Of a DNA stretch of 64,000 bases, positions 38,803 to 48,579 are shown one piece after another. This stretch comes from Patescibacteria group bacterium (lineage in GTDB: Bacteria; Patescibacteriota; Minisyncoccia; Phycocordibacterales; UBA2100). The first letter of the stretch is position 1; each line of letters starts with the position of its first letter. Below the pieces are notes generated by a model. It saw only the letters and a list, made by a program, of their open reading frames with translations, ran no database searches and was not told where the DNA came from. Location: assembly GCA_038064835.1 (NCBI GenBank), contig JBBTSD010000011.1:1320-65319 (forward strand). Reading direction: 5' to 3'. The position numbers and the translations under genes were made by a program.

Positions 38803-41800
38803 ATGGCTAAAGAATCTTGGGCCAAGGCGTTGCGTGCATTCAGGAAGGGTGTTGACCCGGCCGACCCTCTGTCTGCCCCAACCTCATCAAGCCCTGATCC
38901 TGCCGTAGTTCCTCCTGACACCGCTCTCCCATCATCTACCTCCGCTTCAGCTCCAGATACAACGATAGTTCAGAAACCGCTCCAGCCCGAAGCCGAACTC
39001 GACGCAATCGCCAAGGACCTAAGTCCCGAGACAGTCCGAGACTACCTCCAGGACATAGCTGGAGACATGGCCCAACTCGAGACAAAGGGGGGCGGAAAAT
39101 CTGACTGGCAAGCAATGGTCACTGATATCACTAAGGAGCTTGATGTAGTAAATGACGACATCCAGGCCCTTGACGACGCCGCTGCAAAAATCCCCGCACC
39201 GCTTGCACCGACCGATCCTTCATACTCCCCTGTAATTTCACCGGAGGCAAAGAGAATCGCCGACTTGCGCACCAGCGCAACCGATCTTGCCGCTACTCTT
39301 GAGCGCTTACAAAACGAAGCTATCGAGGCTCGCGATAAAGCTCCTGACGCGCCACTTGCACCAATCACATCCACCACCGCCTTAGGAGCAGGCACCGCCG
39401 CTCAGACACCTGGTGCCGTTCCGCAAGCTCCAGCAACTATCAGTGCACCCCCCGCTAATCATTTGGGAGACTTTAGTAGTGAGGCACTCGAGACGGTAGA
39501 TGGTTCATCCGTTCCTGTGGGAACCTTGTATGATCAATACTCCGACTGGGCCACTGCGAAAGGATGGCAGCCTGTCCCTCGAGAAGAATTTGAAAAGGGC
39601 GTAAATTTCCCTTCAGCAAAAGTGGGGGGACGACAGCGTTTCATGGGGGCTCAAGTAAAAGCTGGCTTTAATCCTGCCTCTAGCCCCGCTGTTTCAATTT
39701 CCGCACAGGGATCCACACCAGCATCCAGTGGTCCTGGCGTAACCATAGGCATTCCCGCTTCTGCGCCCGCAAGCACCGGTCCTGCCGTTATGATAAACAG
39801 GATTCCCACTACTCCCGGCCCAACCCCCACACCAATCACTATCAATGTCCGTGGCGCACCCACCGGTACCGGCGAAGCATTTATGCGCAACCAAGACTGG
39901 GAGAAACAATTGCAAGATATGGAAGCGATGCCCACACCTCTTGCTCTCGATGGCACAGCTAAGTCGGCACCGCTTCCCGGTCAGCCCGTCGCCGGTGCCC
40001 CTGTCGTGGTTTCTGTTGCCGGAGCTATAAGTGAGCGAGCCTATGCAGGCGCCTTGGCGCGATTCAAAGACCCTCAATTTGTTAAAGCACTTGGAGATAA
40101 GCTGGCAGACGATGTGAAGGGTGGGCAAAAAGGACTCAAGCGAATCCAGGCTACCGTGACTGGACTCAATAAATCTCTGGGGAAACTCTCACCTGATGTC
40201 TGCACTGCTCGCTACGAAGAATTTGCACAAGCCATGGTAGAAGGAAAAGGTCTAACCGAACTTTTGGCAAAGGGAAACGAATATGCAGTTGCCGCAAGCG
40301 CGCTTGCTGCCGACGATTTGGTGGGTGGCCTCGGCGAGTTGTCCGAAGCAATTGCAGACACAAAATTCCCCGATTCACCCGATATTTATGCTCGAGAAAA
40401 AGCGCCAGTTGCAGGTGCAATACAAAAAAGCGTCCGTGGTGTCATGGGTCTCGATATAGCTTTCGCCCTTATCGCCGCAAGCACTGGCTTTAGTGGTGGA
40501 CAAAAGACTGCAGGAGCTCTGGTTGCCAAACTACCCGACACTGTCCGGGCCTCAATCTTACAAATGCTCGAGAACCCTCTTTTTAGCGGAGGTCAGACAC
40601 TCGAAATGATTTTGAAAGGTATGGTTGGTGCCGCGGCTTTCGTTATTGCCCGCGGCATAGTCACCGGCAAAGACACCATGCGTGACATGGCCGTACAACG
40701 ACCTGGCGAAAATGCGCTCGCTGCCGCATTTCGCAATGATCCATCTGCCATGACACGAGCCGTTATGGCAACTTTGGTCGCAGCAACTTTTGCTGGTCAT
40801 GGGTTTAACTACGCCATCGTTGGGGCACAAGTGATGTCAACCTATGCAACTGAGGCGCTGTCCACGCTTGCTCCTGAATTTGCATCAATTGAGACTGCCC
40901 GCCAAACCGTTGCCGCAGTCCCGGGAAATATCGACGCTTTTTTCCGCGCTTATATTTCTGCTGAAAAGAATGGTGTTGCCAAGATAGCAACAGAGCTCAC
41001 TGCTGAGCAACAGGCCCTTGTGAAACAGATGGGTTGGACTTTCTCGCCCACCGCTGCTGGGGACGGACCTATTACAGCCGCGAAGCGCTATGCACTATTT
41101 CGCGCAGTCACGCCTAAATTACGCCCCGCAGACAAGGCGGCCATAGACGCCAAGCTTGCAGAATTTGGTGTCCCTGAGGGACAAGGGTTCGCACAGTTCG
41201 CCTCGGCGCTTGCCACTGTAAGACTCGGGACAACTACCAAGTCTCTTGATGCGACAAAAGGAAGCCTTGAGGCACAGATCGCAAGCCTCAGTACCACTGG
41301 CCCTGTTGCCCACTTCTTGTACGAGCTTTTCCCGCCTACTGCACAGTCGGGACAGGAAGTACCAAATCTTCTCACCACACTCGCGTCTAGCAAAGCCGCC
41401 TTTGCCGCCTCGTACAAAACATTTACCACCGAGACTTGGAACACCGAAGTCCAACAGCGGTTTGGCGATCTTATGGCTTCGTTTGGATCCCGCGCCGACA
41501 ATCTCGACATGAAATTTGGTGCCATTGCGCTCGGTGCTTCAAAAATCCCCGCCCCTCCAGTAATCAGTGCCGTGCCATTCCTCTATTCTGATGCAGAATA
41601 CGCGATTCTAGGTAAGGCACTTGGCGTTGACCTTACTGACACCGGCAGGCGCTCTCTGTGGAACGGAAGCATCGCATTACTCTATGGATTGACCGATGTT
41701 GCCACTGTCTACCCTTCCATACGCTACACGCGCAGACGCCAACAGTACCTTCGTGAAAAAATGCCAGGCTACAGGAAAGCCATGGAGGAAAGCGAAGACG

Positions 41801-43515
41801 ATTTGGCCGAAATGCTCGAGCAGTATGTAAACAACAATGTGAATGCAAGCGCGCGCATTATTGCAGGTGTCGATTTGACTCCGATTTCACTTGCCACGAT
41901 TCGTACTCGTCTGCATGAGAAGGCGTGCTCAGAAGTCACCGCTTTGAAAGCAAAAGAACAATTAGCAGGAATCAGGAACCTCCCTACACGAACACTTCTT
42001 TCATGGCGCCGGATTTTGCAAATGCCACTCGGCGAAGATGTGGAAGAACGCCTTGCATACCAGGACTGGATTGAAGCTGAGATTGAAAAGATTAAAAAAG
42101 ATCCCGCTTACTTGGCCACTCTCCTGAGTGACATAGAACCTGGTTTCAAACCGCTATTCACCCTTGCGCAAACTATAAACAAAGACCCTCGCAAAATTGG
42201 TGAGATGTCGGCCGAATACACTCAGGGAGTACGCAAGCAGATTGATGCACTCAATCGTCGCGTAATGCGAGCCGAGCGGACAGCGCTCATGACCGAGACT
42301 GCTCTTTACGATCAGTTACTTCGCCGTGTCTATGCACAGCCGTTCACCAACGAGACACTCAAACAGTTTTCCGAAAACCCCATCGCCATTCCTATGGATG
42401 GAAAGAGCGAGGTTGCCATCACCAACAACGAAGTAGCCTTTTATGTCGCATCCGAAATAGAACGACGACGGCGACACGCACTGAATCGCCTTGTCGCCAT
42501 CGCTCGCAAGGAAGAAAGTGTGGCACGCAAGGACTGGGCCGTAAATGCTGGTAACCCTGCATACACCGAGGCATTTCGTGGCACGACATCAGTACAGCCA
42601 CAAGGACTCCTTGACCGAGCACGGGCTGAAATCGGAGATGCCGATGCTAATATGATTGCCGACATTGAATCTGAAGTACGCCGTGCGTTGTTTGGCCGTG
42701 AAGCAATCGACCCTGATCGCCTTTCTGCCCAAATGACCTTAGTAAACCAAACCGCTGTGGCGTTCATCAATCAAACAGCCAATGCAGCAGGACCTGAAAA
42801 TCCACTGCGCAGAAGCACAAAGAGCTACGAAGCAGTCACCGCCTACGAGCACGAAGATCCGTATGGCCGCCCAATTCTACAAGTACACTTGTATGATCCT
42901 GGTACCCAAGCTCCTGCCGCCACAATACTCTATCCGGGATATCTACCCTTTGTTGCAGAAAAGCCCGAGGACGATGCAAAGATGACTGAACTACTATCGA
43001 CCCATATTGCCGAATGGTACCAGAATGCCGCCCAATACGAGCTTTCTGCACATGCGCTCACCTACGAAACCGGGCTCGCCATTCGCGATACTACCGATCA
43101 AATAAAGGCCATGGGTGCAACCAAGTGGCCAGATATGCGAGTACCAATTGCTGGAAAATCCGATGTGGTGACGCCAGAGGCGACGACTTTGTTTGCACGA
43201 TTAAACCTCTTGAACGAACTCTTTGAACGACGCACCCGAGCGCTTGGGGCAATTACACGAACCACACCAATTACCCCGCAACAGCTCATCGCCTTTGCAG
43301 AAGAACAATTGGTAGTCATCGGTGGTAGCACTGTCCCAGAGACCGCAACGCGTATCGCGACCGTACTTAATGGTATCCGTACCGAGCTCAATACCCGAGG
43401 AAGAAACGATGCCGTCACCTATGACGCATTGACAGGGGTTGTCCGCGTTGGGGCCCAAGAGACACCGGTGCAATCAATTGCAACTCCACGAGATTTTGTT
43501 GAGAGTCTTGCGTAA
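38803..43515 (+). CDS. giant hypothetical protein (1570 aa), Ala/Pro/Thr-rich N-terminal region, no TM
   Basis: Long ORF 17 nt after the previous gene. No recognisable catalytic motifs. Confidence 0.6.
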   Translation: MAKESWAKALRAFRKGVDPADPLSAPTSSSPDPAVVPPDTALPSSTSASAPDTTIVQKPLQPEAELDAIAKDLSPETVRDYLQDIAGDMAQLETKGGGKSDWQAMVTDITKELDVVNDDIQALDDAAAKIPAPLAPTDPSYSPVISPEAKRIADLRTSATDLAATLERLQNEAIEARDKAPDAPLAPITSTTALGAGTAAQTPGAVPQAPATISAPPANHLGDFSSEALETVDGSSVPVGTLYDQYSDWATAKGWQPVPREEFEKGVNFPSAKVGGRQRFMGAQVKAGFNPASSPAVSISAQGSTPASSGPGVTIGIPASAPASTGPAVMINRIPTTPGPTPTPITINVRGAPTGTGEAFMRNQDWEKQLQDMEAMPTPLALDGTAKSAPLPGQPVAGAPVVVSVAGAISERAYAGALARFKDPQFVKALGDKLADDVKGGQKGLKRIQATVTGLNKSLGKLSPDVCTARYEEFAQAMVEGKGLTELLAKGNEYAVAASALAADDLVGGLGELSEAIADTKFPDSPDIYAREKAPVAGAIQKSVRGVMGLDIAFALIAASTGFSGGQKTAGALVAKLPDTVRASILQMLENPLFSGGQTLEMILKGMVGAAAFVIARGIVTGKDTMRDMAVQRPGENALAAAFRNDPSAMTRAVMATLVAATFAGHGFNYAIVGAQVMSTYATEALSTLAPEFASIETARQTVAAVPGNIDAFFRAYISAEKNGVAKIATELTAEQQALVKQMGWTFSPTAAGDGPITAAKRYALFRAVTPKLRPADKAAIDAKLAEFGVPEGQGFAQFASALATVRLGTTTKSLDATKGSLEAQIASLSTTGPVAHFLYELFPPTAQSGQEVPNLLTTLASSKAAFAASYKTFTTETWNTEVQQRFGDLMASFGSRADNLDMKFGAIALGASKIPAPPVISAVPFLYSDAEYAILGKALGVDLTDTGRRSLWNGSIALLYGLTDVATVYPSIRYTRRRQQYLREKMPGYRKAMEESEDDLAEMLEQYVNNNVNASARIIAGVDLTPISLATIRTRLHEKACSEVTALKAKEQLAGIRNLPTRTLLSWRRILQMPLGEDVEERLAYQDWIEAEIEKIKKDPAYLATLLSDIEPGFKPLFTLAQTINKDPRKIGEMSAEYTQGVRKQIDALNRRVMRAERTALMTETALYDQLLRRVYAQPFTNETLKQFSENPIAIPMDGKSEVAITNNEVAFYVASEIERRRRHALNRLVAIARKEESVARKDWAVNAGNPAYTEAFRGTTSVQPQGLLDRARAEIGDADANMIADIESEVRRALFGREAIDPDRLSAQMTLVNQTAVAFINQTANAAGPENPLRRSTKSYEAVTAYEHEDPYGRPILQVHLYDPGTQAPAATILYPGYLPFVAEKPEDDAKMTELLSTHIAEWYQNAAQYELSAHALTYETGLAIRDTTDQIKAMGATKWPDMRVPIAGKSDVVTPEATTLFARLNLLNELFERRTRALGAITRTTPITPQQLIAFAEEQLVVIGGSTVPETATRIATVLNGIRTELNTRGRNDAVTYDALTGVVRVGAQETPVQSIATPRDFVESLA

Positions 43516-43560
43516 TTTGCTGCCAAGAAAAACGAATGGCCTCCACAGGAGGAGGCCGAG

Positions 43561-43836
43561 TTATAGAAAAAGATGGTGGAGAAGCTGTACTACCGCTACC
43601 ACGGCAAGTGTTCCTAAAAGGGCTAACCCTGCCCAAAGGAAAACGCCGGCGAAAAGGGAAATCGGACCCATTACCAGAGCCTCTTTGTATTTTTTTGGCA
43701 ACAGGATAACAGTAACAACGATACTCACTAGTGCCAAGCCTATACCAAGCGTCCACATGGGTTTCTCCACCACGAAGAGAGAACTTTTTTCTAAAGGAAC
43801 TATACCACTAGTTGGCACAAGTGCAACTACCACCAA
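43561..43836 (-). CDS. small membrane protein, hypothetical
   Basis: 91 aa with two TM helices, directly downstream of rnc. Confidence 0.35.
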   Translation of the reverse strand: MVVVALVPTSGIVPLEKSSLFVVEKPMWTLGIGLALVSIVVTVILLPKKYKEALVMGPISLFAGVFLWAGLALLGTLAVVAVVQLLHHLFL

Positions 43837-43837
43837 A

Positions 43838-44521
43838 CTACCACCCCTTCACTTTGAGCGCGCGTTCGGCCGCAGATTGTTCGGCTTCTTGTTTTGACTT
43901 CCCTGTTCCTTCGGCTACTTTTTCGCTCGAGATAAAAACGCCCGCAGTGAAATATTTATCATGATCCGGGCCCTCTTCGTCTACCAATTCATAGTGTGGT
44001 GTGACTCCATGTCGCTCTTGAACCAGCTCCTGAAAGCGACTTTTCGCATCTTGCCAGAGGCGCCCCTCTACAACAGCGTCGGTCTTGCCAAATAATGCCT
44101 GAGCGATAAATTTCTTTGCCGCATTGTATCCTTGATCCATGTACAATGCGCCGATAAACGCCTCGAATGTATTGGCAAGGATAAACTGGCGCGCGCGCCC
44201 TGTGTCTTTTGACTCACCTTTGGAGAGAAGTAGGTGTGTGTTCATGTCGAGTTCCTGTGCGGCCTCGGAGATACTGTTGGTGTTCACCAGCGCCGCGCGA
44301 TACGAAGTAAGCTCGCCCTCGGGCCTGTCGGGATATTTTTCATAGAGAAACTCCGATACGACGAGCTCGAGCACAGCATCACCTAAAAATTCAAGGCGTT
44401 CGTTGTGCTCGCCCATACCTTTGTGTTCATTAAGATAGGACCGGTGTGTGAATGCTTGGCGCAAAAGCGCTTTGTTGTTGAATACAAACCCTGTCTTTGT
44501 CTCAAAATGTTCTAATTCCAT
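43838..44521 (-). CDS. rnc: ribonuclease III
   Basis: ERLEFLGDAVLELVVSEFLY (RNase III signature) plus a C-terminal dsRBD. Confidence 0.9.
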   Translation of the reverse strand: MELEHFETKTGFVFNNKALLRQAFTHRSYLNEHKGMGEHNERLEFLGDAVLELVVSEFLYEKYPDRPEGELTSYRAALVNTNSISEAAQELDMNTHLLLSKGESKDTGRARQFILANTFEAFIGALYMDQGYNAAKKFIAQALFGKTDAVVEGRLWQDAKSRFQELVQERHGVTPHYELVDEEGPDHDKYFTAGVFISSEKVAEGTGKSKQEAEQSAAERALKVKGW

Positions 44522-44524
44522 AAA

Positions 44525-44758
44525 TTATTTACGTAACAAATCAAGAAACTGATTTGGCGTGAGTTTAGCTTGCTTAAGAATACTTGCCAATACCTTTCTG
44601 GTAACATCCTTGCTGTGCCGTGCCACCGTCACCAGAATTGTAGGGTCTGAACCGTGCTTTAGTTGCGCATGACTCCCCACTTGTCGAACTACATAATACC
44701 CTCCACGCAAAAGTGCTCGCAAAATCTTCGCCGCAGTGAGAACTGGCAAAAGACTCAT
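44525..44758 (-). CDS. hicA: type II toxin HicA (YcfA-like mRNA interferase)
   Basis: ILRALLRGGYYVVRQVGSHAQLKH...TILVTVARHSKDVTRKVLASILKQAKL. Confidence 0.75.
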   Translation of the reverse strand: MSLLPVLTAAKILRALLRGGYYVVRQVGSHAQLKHGSDPTILVTVARHSKDVTRKVLASILKQAKLTPNQFLDLLRK

Positions 44759-45033
44759 GCAAGGACGACCACTCCCGCACGCATCGGTCGCTTGTTTACA
44801 CCGAAAATTCGATTCATGTCATCAATAACGACTTTCCCGTCGTCAAAGGCTGCAAGGCACTGTAACTCAATGATTTCGCGTGCATACCGCTTGGCTTCAC
44901 CTAGCGTATCTGCGTTTGTTAGAATTCCAGGGAATGCCGGGGCGTGCACATGGTAGACTTTGTCCTTCTTACTATAGTCAGCAACGGCCCGAAACTCTCC
45001 GTACCGTGTTTTGACAAAAAATTTCTCCTTCAT
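44755..45033 (-). CDS. hicB: HicB-like antitoxin (short form, no DNA-binding domain)
   Basis: KVYHVHAPAFPGILTNADTLGEAKRYAREIIELQ. ATGA overlap with the hicA start. Start taken at MKEKFF; the track ORF is longer. Confidence 0.65.
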   Translation of the reverse strand: MKEKFFVKTRYGEFRAVADYSKKDKVYHVHAPAFPGILTNADTLGEAKRYAREIIELQCLAAFDDGKVVIDDMNRIFGVNKRPMRAGVVVLA

Positions 45034-45076
45034 AGGATGATAATAACGCACGAAAAAACTGCGGTCAAACGAGTTG

Positions 45077-45988
45077 CTATCCCCTCTTTTGTACCAAAAT
45101 ATTGATTGCACGAGTGACAACCGGCAAAATATCATCGTAAAAGTTGAGATCGCCTGCGGCCGCAAGTGGAAACCATTGGGCATCGTCTAACCCGCCTTCT
45201 TTTTTGAGAATAAGGTCATTGAATGGTACTTCCGCAAGGAAGTAGGTGGCGTGGCGAATCTTTTTTCCACCGTCCACTGCAGGATCATTGGCAATATATT
45301 CGTTTTCTCCGAGTTCGTCCTGAATTGCAATGACATCGAGACCCATTTCCTCTTTCACTTTGCGCCTCAAGCCATCTTCGTGGGTTTCTCCTGACTGCAA
45401 CTTCCCTTTGGAGAGAGTCCAGTGGCCAAAAATGTCATGCACGAGTGACAGATACACATTACCGCTATCTCGCGCATAAGTGACGGCACCCACCAATTCT
45501 TCGCGAGGCATTTTGTCTCGTGAAGGCTTCTTGGGGCGTTTGGGACCATCATTCTTGCCTGGTTCCCCCATCTCGATGTACACCGCACCCAAGACACCAT
45601 TTATGAACTTTCCGGAAGTGTCACTGCCAAAAGACTTACCTAATTCGATGGCCTCGTTGATGGCTACTTTTGACGGCACCTGCGCACGATCGGCAAACAA
45701 AAGCTCGGAAAGTCCGATGCGCAAAATATTACGGTCGATTTGCGCAATTTTATCAATCGGCCATTCCGGAGCAGCCTTTTCAATCACTGCGTCCAATTCG
45801 ATCCGTTTTGCAACAACAGTATTCATGAGATCTTTCATGAACCCCTCGTCACCTTTGGTGCCACCAAATTCAAGTGCGTTCGCGTCGAGGCGTTTTTTGA
45901 GTTCGGCTGAGGAGATGTTGTAGCCCGACGCATCCCACTCAAAGAGCGTTTGAAGAACAATGGACCGAGAAAGTCTGCGATTGGCCAT
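45077..45988 (-). CDS. nusB: NusB - NUDIX hydrolase fusion protein
   Basis: N-terminal NusB (MANRRLSRSIVLQTLFEWD...FINGVLGAVY) joined to a NUDIX domain with the box SKGKLQSGETHEDGLRRKVKEEMGL. Confidence 0.8.
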   Translation of the reverse strand: MANRRLSRSIVLQTLFEWDASGYNISSAELKKRLDANALEFGGTKGDEGFMKDLMNTVVAKRIELDAVIEKAAPEWPIDKIAQIDRNILRIGLSELLFADRAQVPSKVAINEAIELGKSFGSDTSGKFINGVLGAVYIEMGEPGKNDGPKRPKKPSRDKMPREELVGAVTYARDSGNVYLSLVHDIFGHWTLSKGKLQSGETHEDGLRRKVKEEMGLDVIAIQDELGENEYIANDPAVDGGKKIRHATYFLAEVPFNDLILKKEGGLDDAQWFPLAAAGDLNFYDDILPVVTRAINILVQKRG

Positions 45989-46058
45989 GATAGGTAGTAT
46001 ACCGTGCTTACGAATAGACAAGAGAAAGCGCGGGGATATCCCCGCGCTTTCTCTTGTC

Positions 46059-46349
46059 TCATTTCTTTGCAACCTTTGTTTCTTTCTTTGATTCCTCTTT
46101 GTCTGCGGCGGTCGCCTGACCTGATTCCTTGAGAGCTTTTTCCTTACGCTTGAGACGGCTTTGTGTGCGTTCAGTGCGGGCTACAATATCGATGACCTGA
46201 CGGCCACGGTACTTACCACAAGAATTGCACACCTGATGACGACGATGTTCTGCTCCGCATTCACACTTGGCAACAGCAGGGGCCACGAGCGCGTGGTGAC
46301 TGCGACGATTATTGCGGTGTGAGCGCGTTGAACGCATGCGTACTACCAT
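46059..46349 (-). CDS. rpmF: 50S ribosomal protein L32 with Lys-rich C-terminal extension
   Basis: RSHRNNRRSHHALVAPAVAKCECGAEHRRHQVCNSCGKYRGRQV. Start at ATG 46349 (or 46337) abuts or overlaps the transposase stop. Confidence 0.75.
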   Translation of the reverse strand: MVVRMRSTRSHRNNRRSHHALVAPAVAKCECGAEHRRHQVCNSCGKYRGRQVIDIVARTERTQSRLKRKEKALKESGQATAADKEESKKETKVAKK

Positions 46350-47482
46350 AGTGGGGTAGTATACCATAACGAAAGAGGCCTGCAAGCTCGTGTACAAGAC
46401 GAGTACATCGGTAACAGTTTGGTAGCCTTCGCATAATACTCCCACGGCGTCTGATACCCAAGCGATTGGTGTGGACGAACAAAGGCATACTCAATGAGCC
46501 ACTCGGTCACCTCTTTGTTGAACCGTTCGCAATCGGCAGTGAGATGACCGAGGGCAATGAATTCATCCTGAAGCGTACGATTGAACCGTTCGTTCACGGG
46601 ATTGTCTTTGGGTGTATGCGTACGGCTCCACCAGTCGTTGATACCCTGCTTCTCAATCGCCCTCTGGAAGTGCTTGTGGAACTCGCTCCCATTGTCATGT
46701 CCCGCATTCCATACCTCATGGTCCAAGAGATACATGAAGCGATTGAGGAAATCGGCAGCGTTCGCAGAGCTCTTGGTGGTGTACATGCGCGCGAAGGCAA
46801 TCTTGGAGACGGTGTCAATGACCGTGAACACATACCGCTTTTGGCCGTTAATCCATAGCACGATGGTATCGAGTGCAATGAGAAAGCCGGGGAATGGTTG
46901 TTTCGTGAGCTCGGTGATGCGCTTTTTCTGCGTGGAGTGTCTTCGTTTGGCCTGTGTCTGAGCGTTTCTTTTTGGGTGGAAGTACAGTCCGTGCTTCTTG
47001 ATGGTGTACTGCACCTTCCACGAGGAGAGTGGTGCCTTGTAGATGTTTTTGTAGAGCACCGAGAGCTTCATCTTGCCCCAGCGCATGTGTGCCTGTCGGA
47101 GAAGTATGATGCGACCTTCCTCAAGTGGTGTGATCTCTTTCTGTCGTACCTGTTGTGGGGCGCGACTTCGCTCCTCCAAGGTACGAAGATTCTTCCGGTC
47201 AAACCGTGTATGCCACTTCCAGAAGGTCTTGCCAGTGATACCGAAGTGACGAGCTGTCAGGGAGGCGTTCTCTCCATGGCACTGGTGCCAGATGAACCAC
47301 TCGAGGCGTGTTCGCGCTCCCTGGGAGAGCTTGAGGAGTACCGCTTGCTTCCTCCAGCGCTCTGCCTGCGACAGGAGGACCTGGGGGACGGCAGGTACCA
47401 GACGATACCCCGCTTTCATCACTGCTTTTACCATACAAAAATGGTGGCTTAGGTTGATATCCATGCCACCATTTTCCCTCAA
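46343..47482 (-). mobile_element. IS481-family-like transposase (HTH plus rve/DDE integrase core)
   Basis: DTIVLW...HDNGSEF...THTPKDNPVNERFNRTLQDE. An 11-bp-stem hairpin lies at 47446-47485 near its 5' end. IS termini not resolved. Confidence 0.8.
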
Positions 47483-47559
47483 AGGTCGAACTTTGAGGTA
47501 TTACCGATGTGTTTCATCTTCTTCAGCTCGATGGAAGGAAAGTATGTCATACTGTATCT

Positions 47560-48477
47560 ATGGACGGAATGATGGATAGGAGACGGTTTCTTCGCGCTGG
47601 CACTGCGGCCGCAGCAACCTTGCTACTCAAGCCCTTGGAGGCCCTGGCTCAGACGCAGGATCTCGGAAAAAAATCTGAACGCGGCAATCTTGAATATATA
47701 AGAGAGCAGGGCATTGAGGTTTTCCGCTCTGAGTGCGCCGTGGGGGGGGTTACTGTTGACCTGCTGGAATTTCGTAAAAATGGTTCTAGAAATGAAGTCC
47801 TTTTTGTTCCCCACGACAATGAAGACGCGGCTTTTGACACTGCATTAAGATCAATTGCAGCCAGAGGAGGGTCCCTCTTTTCCTTCGACTCTCGAGGAAA
47901 TCGTGAGCTCCGAACAAATACAGGAACCCGACTCAACCAAGACCCAAATCGTATGTTCAAGCCAGGTTCACAATTCTGGCCACTCGCCGAGCATGTCCTC
48001 GGACTCATAAATCAAAGGCGACGGGCATCGAACGATGTATTAAATCCTTACATAACACTTCACAACAACGCCCCCATTGGTTCTTTCACCGCAAGTATTG
48101 CAAAATCTTTTACGGACCCACGCTTCGAGATTTTTTTCTCTGATCCTAAAAACAAGCGAGATGTCGTCTGGATTGCACTCCCTAATGCAGAACGAGGCAC
48201 CTCGCACCCGTTGCGAGTACTGGCTCAACAATTGCAGATGAGAGGAATTAATGCATTGATTGAATATGTCCGTCCTGAAGGTAGTCTGGATGGTTCTCTG
48301 TCTCAATACATCGCACGCCACACCTCTCAGGGTTATATTAATATTGAAGCTGGCATCAAACCAAACGACCCGCCACAGCTCCAAACTCGCGCAATACAAA
48401 CTTCCTTGTTGAAAAACATCTTCGAAATTATCGAGGAGTTACGAGCCAATCCACCTACAAAAACACAAAACACTTAA
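47560..48477 (+). CDS. Tat-signal secreted protein, possibly M14/AstE-AspA-like zinc hydrolase superfamily (tentative)
   Basis: Twin-arginine motif MDRRRFLRAGTAAAATLLL. Possible HxxE (PHDNED), later His (ITLHNN) and Glu (NIEAG). Confidence 0.4.
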   Translation: MDGMMDRRRFLRAGTAAAATLLLKPLEALAQTQDLGKKSERGNLEYIREQGIEVFRSECAVGGVTVDLLEFRKNGSRNEVLFVPHDNEDAAFDTALRSIAARGGSLFSFDSRGNRELRTNTGTRLNQDPNRMFKPGSQFWPLAEHVLGLINQRRRASNDVLNPYITLHNNAPIGSFTASIAKSFTDPRFEIFFSDPKNKRDVVWIALPNAERGTSHPLRVLAQQLQMRGINALIEYVRPEGSLDGSLSQYIARHTSQGYINIEAGIKPNDPPQLQTRAIQTSLLKNIFEIIEELRANPPTKTQNT

Positions 48478-48579
48478 GTCAGAGAGATAGTCGCCGAATC
48501 CCCTCTATTGAGGATAGCTTCATCACAAAAACACAGTTTTATGGCATAGTTCCAATAGAGAGTCAGTGGAGAGGACTGC

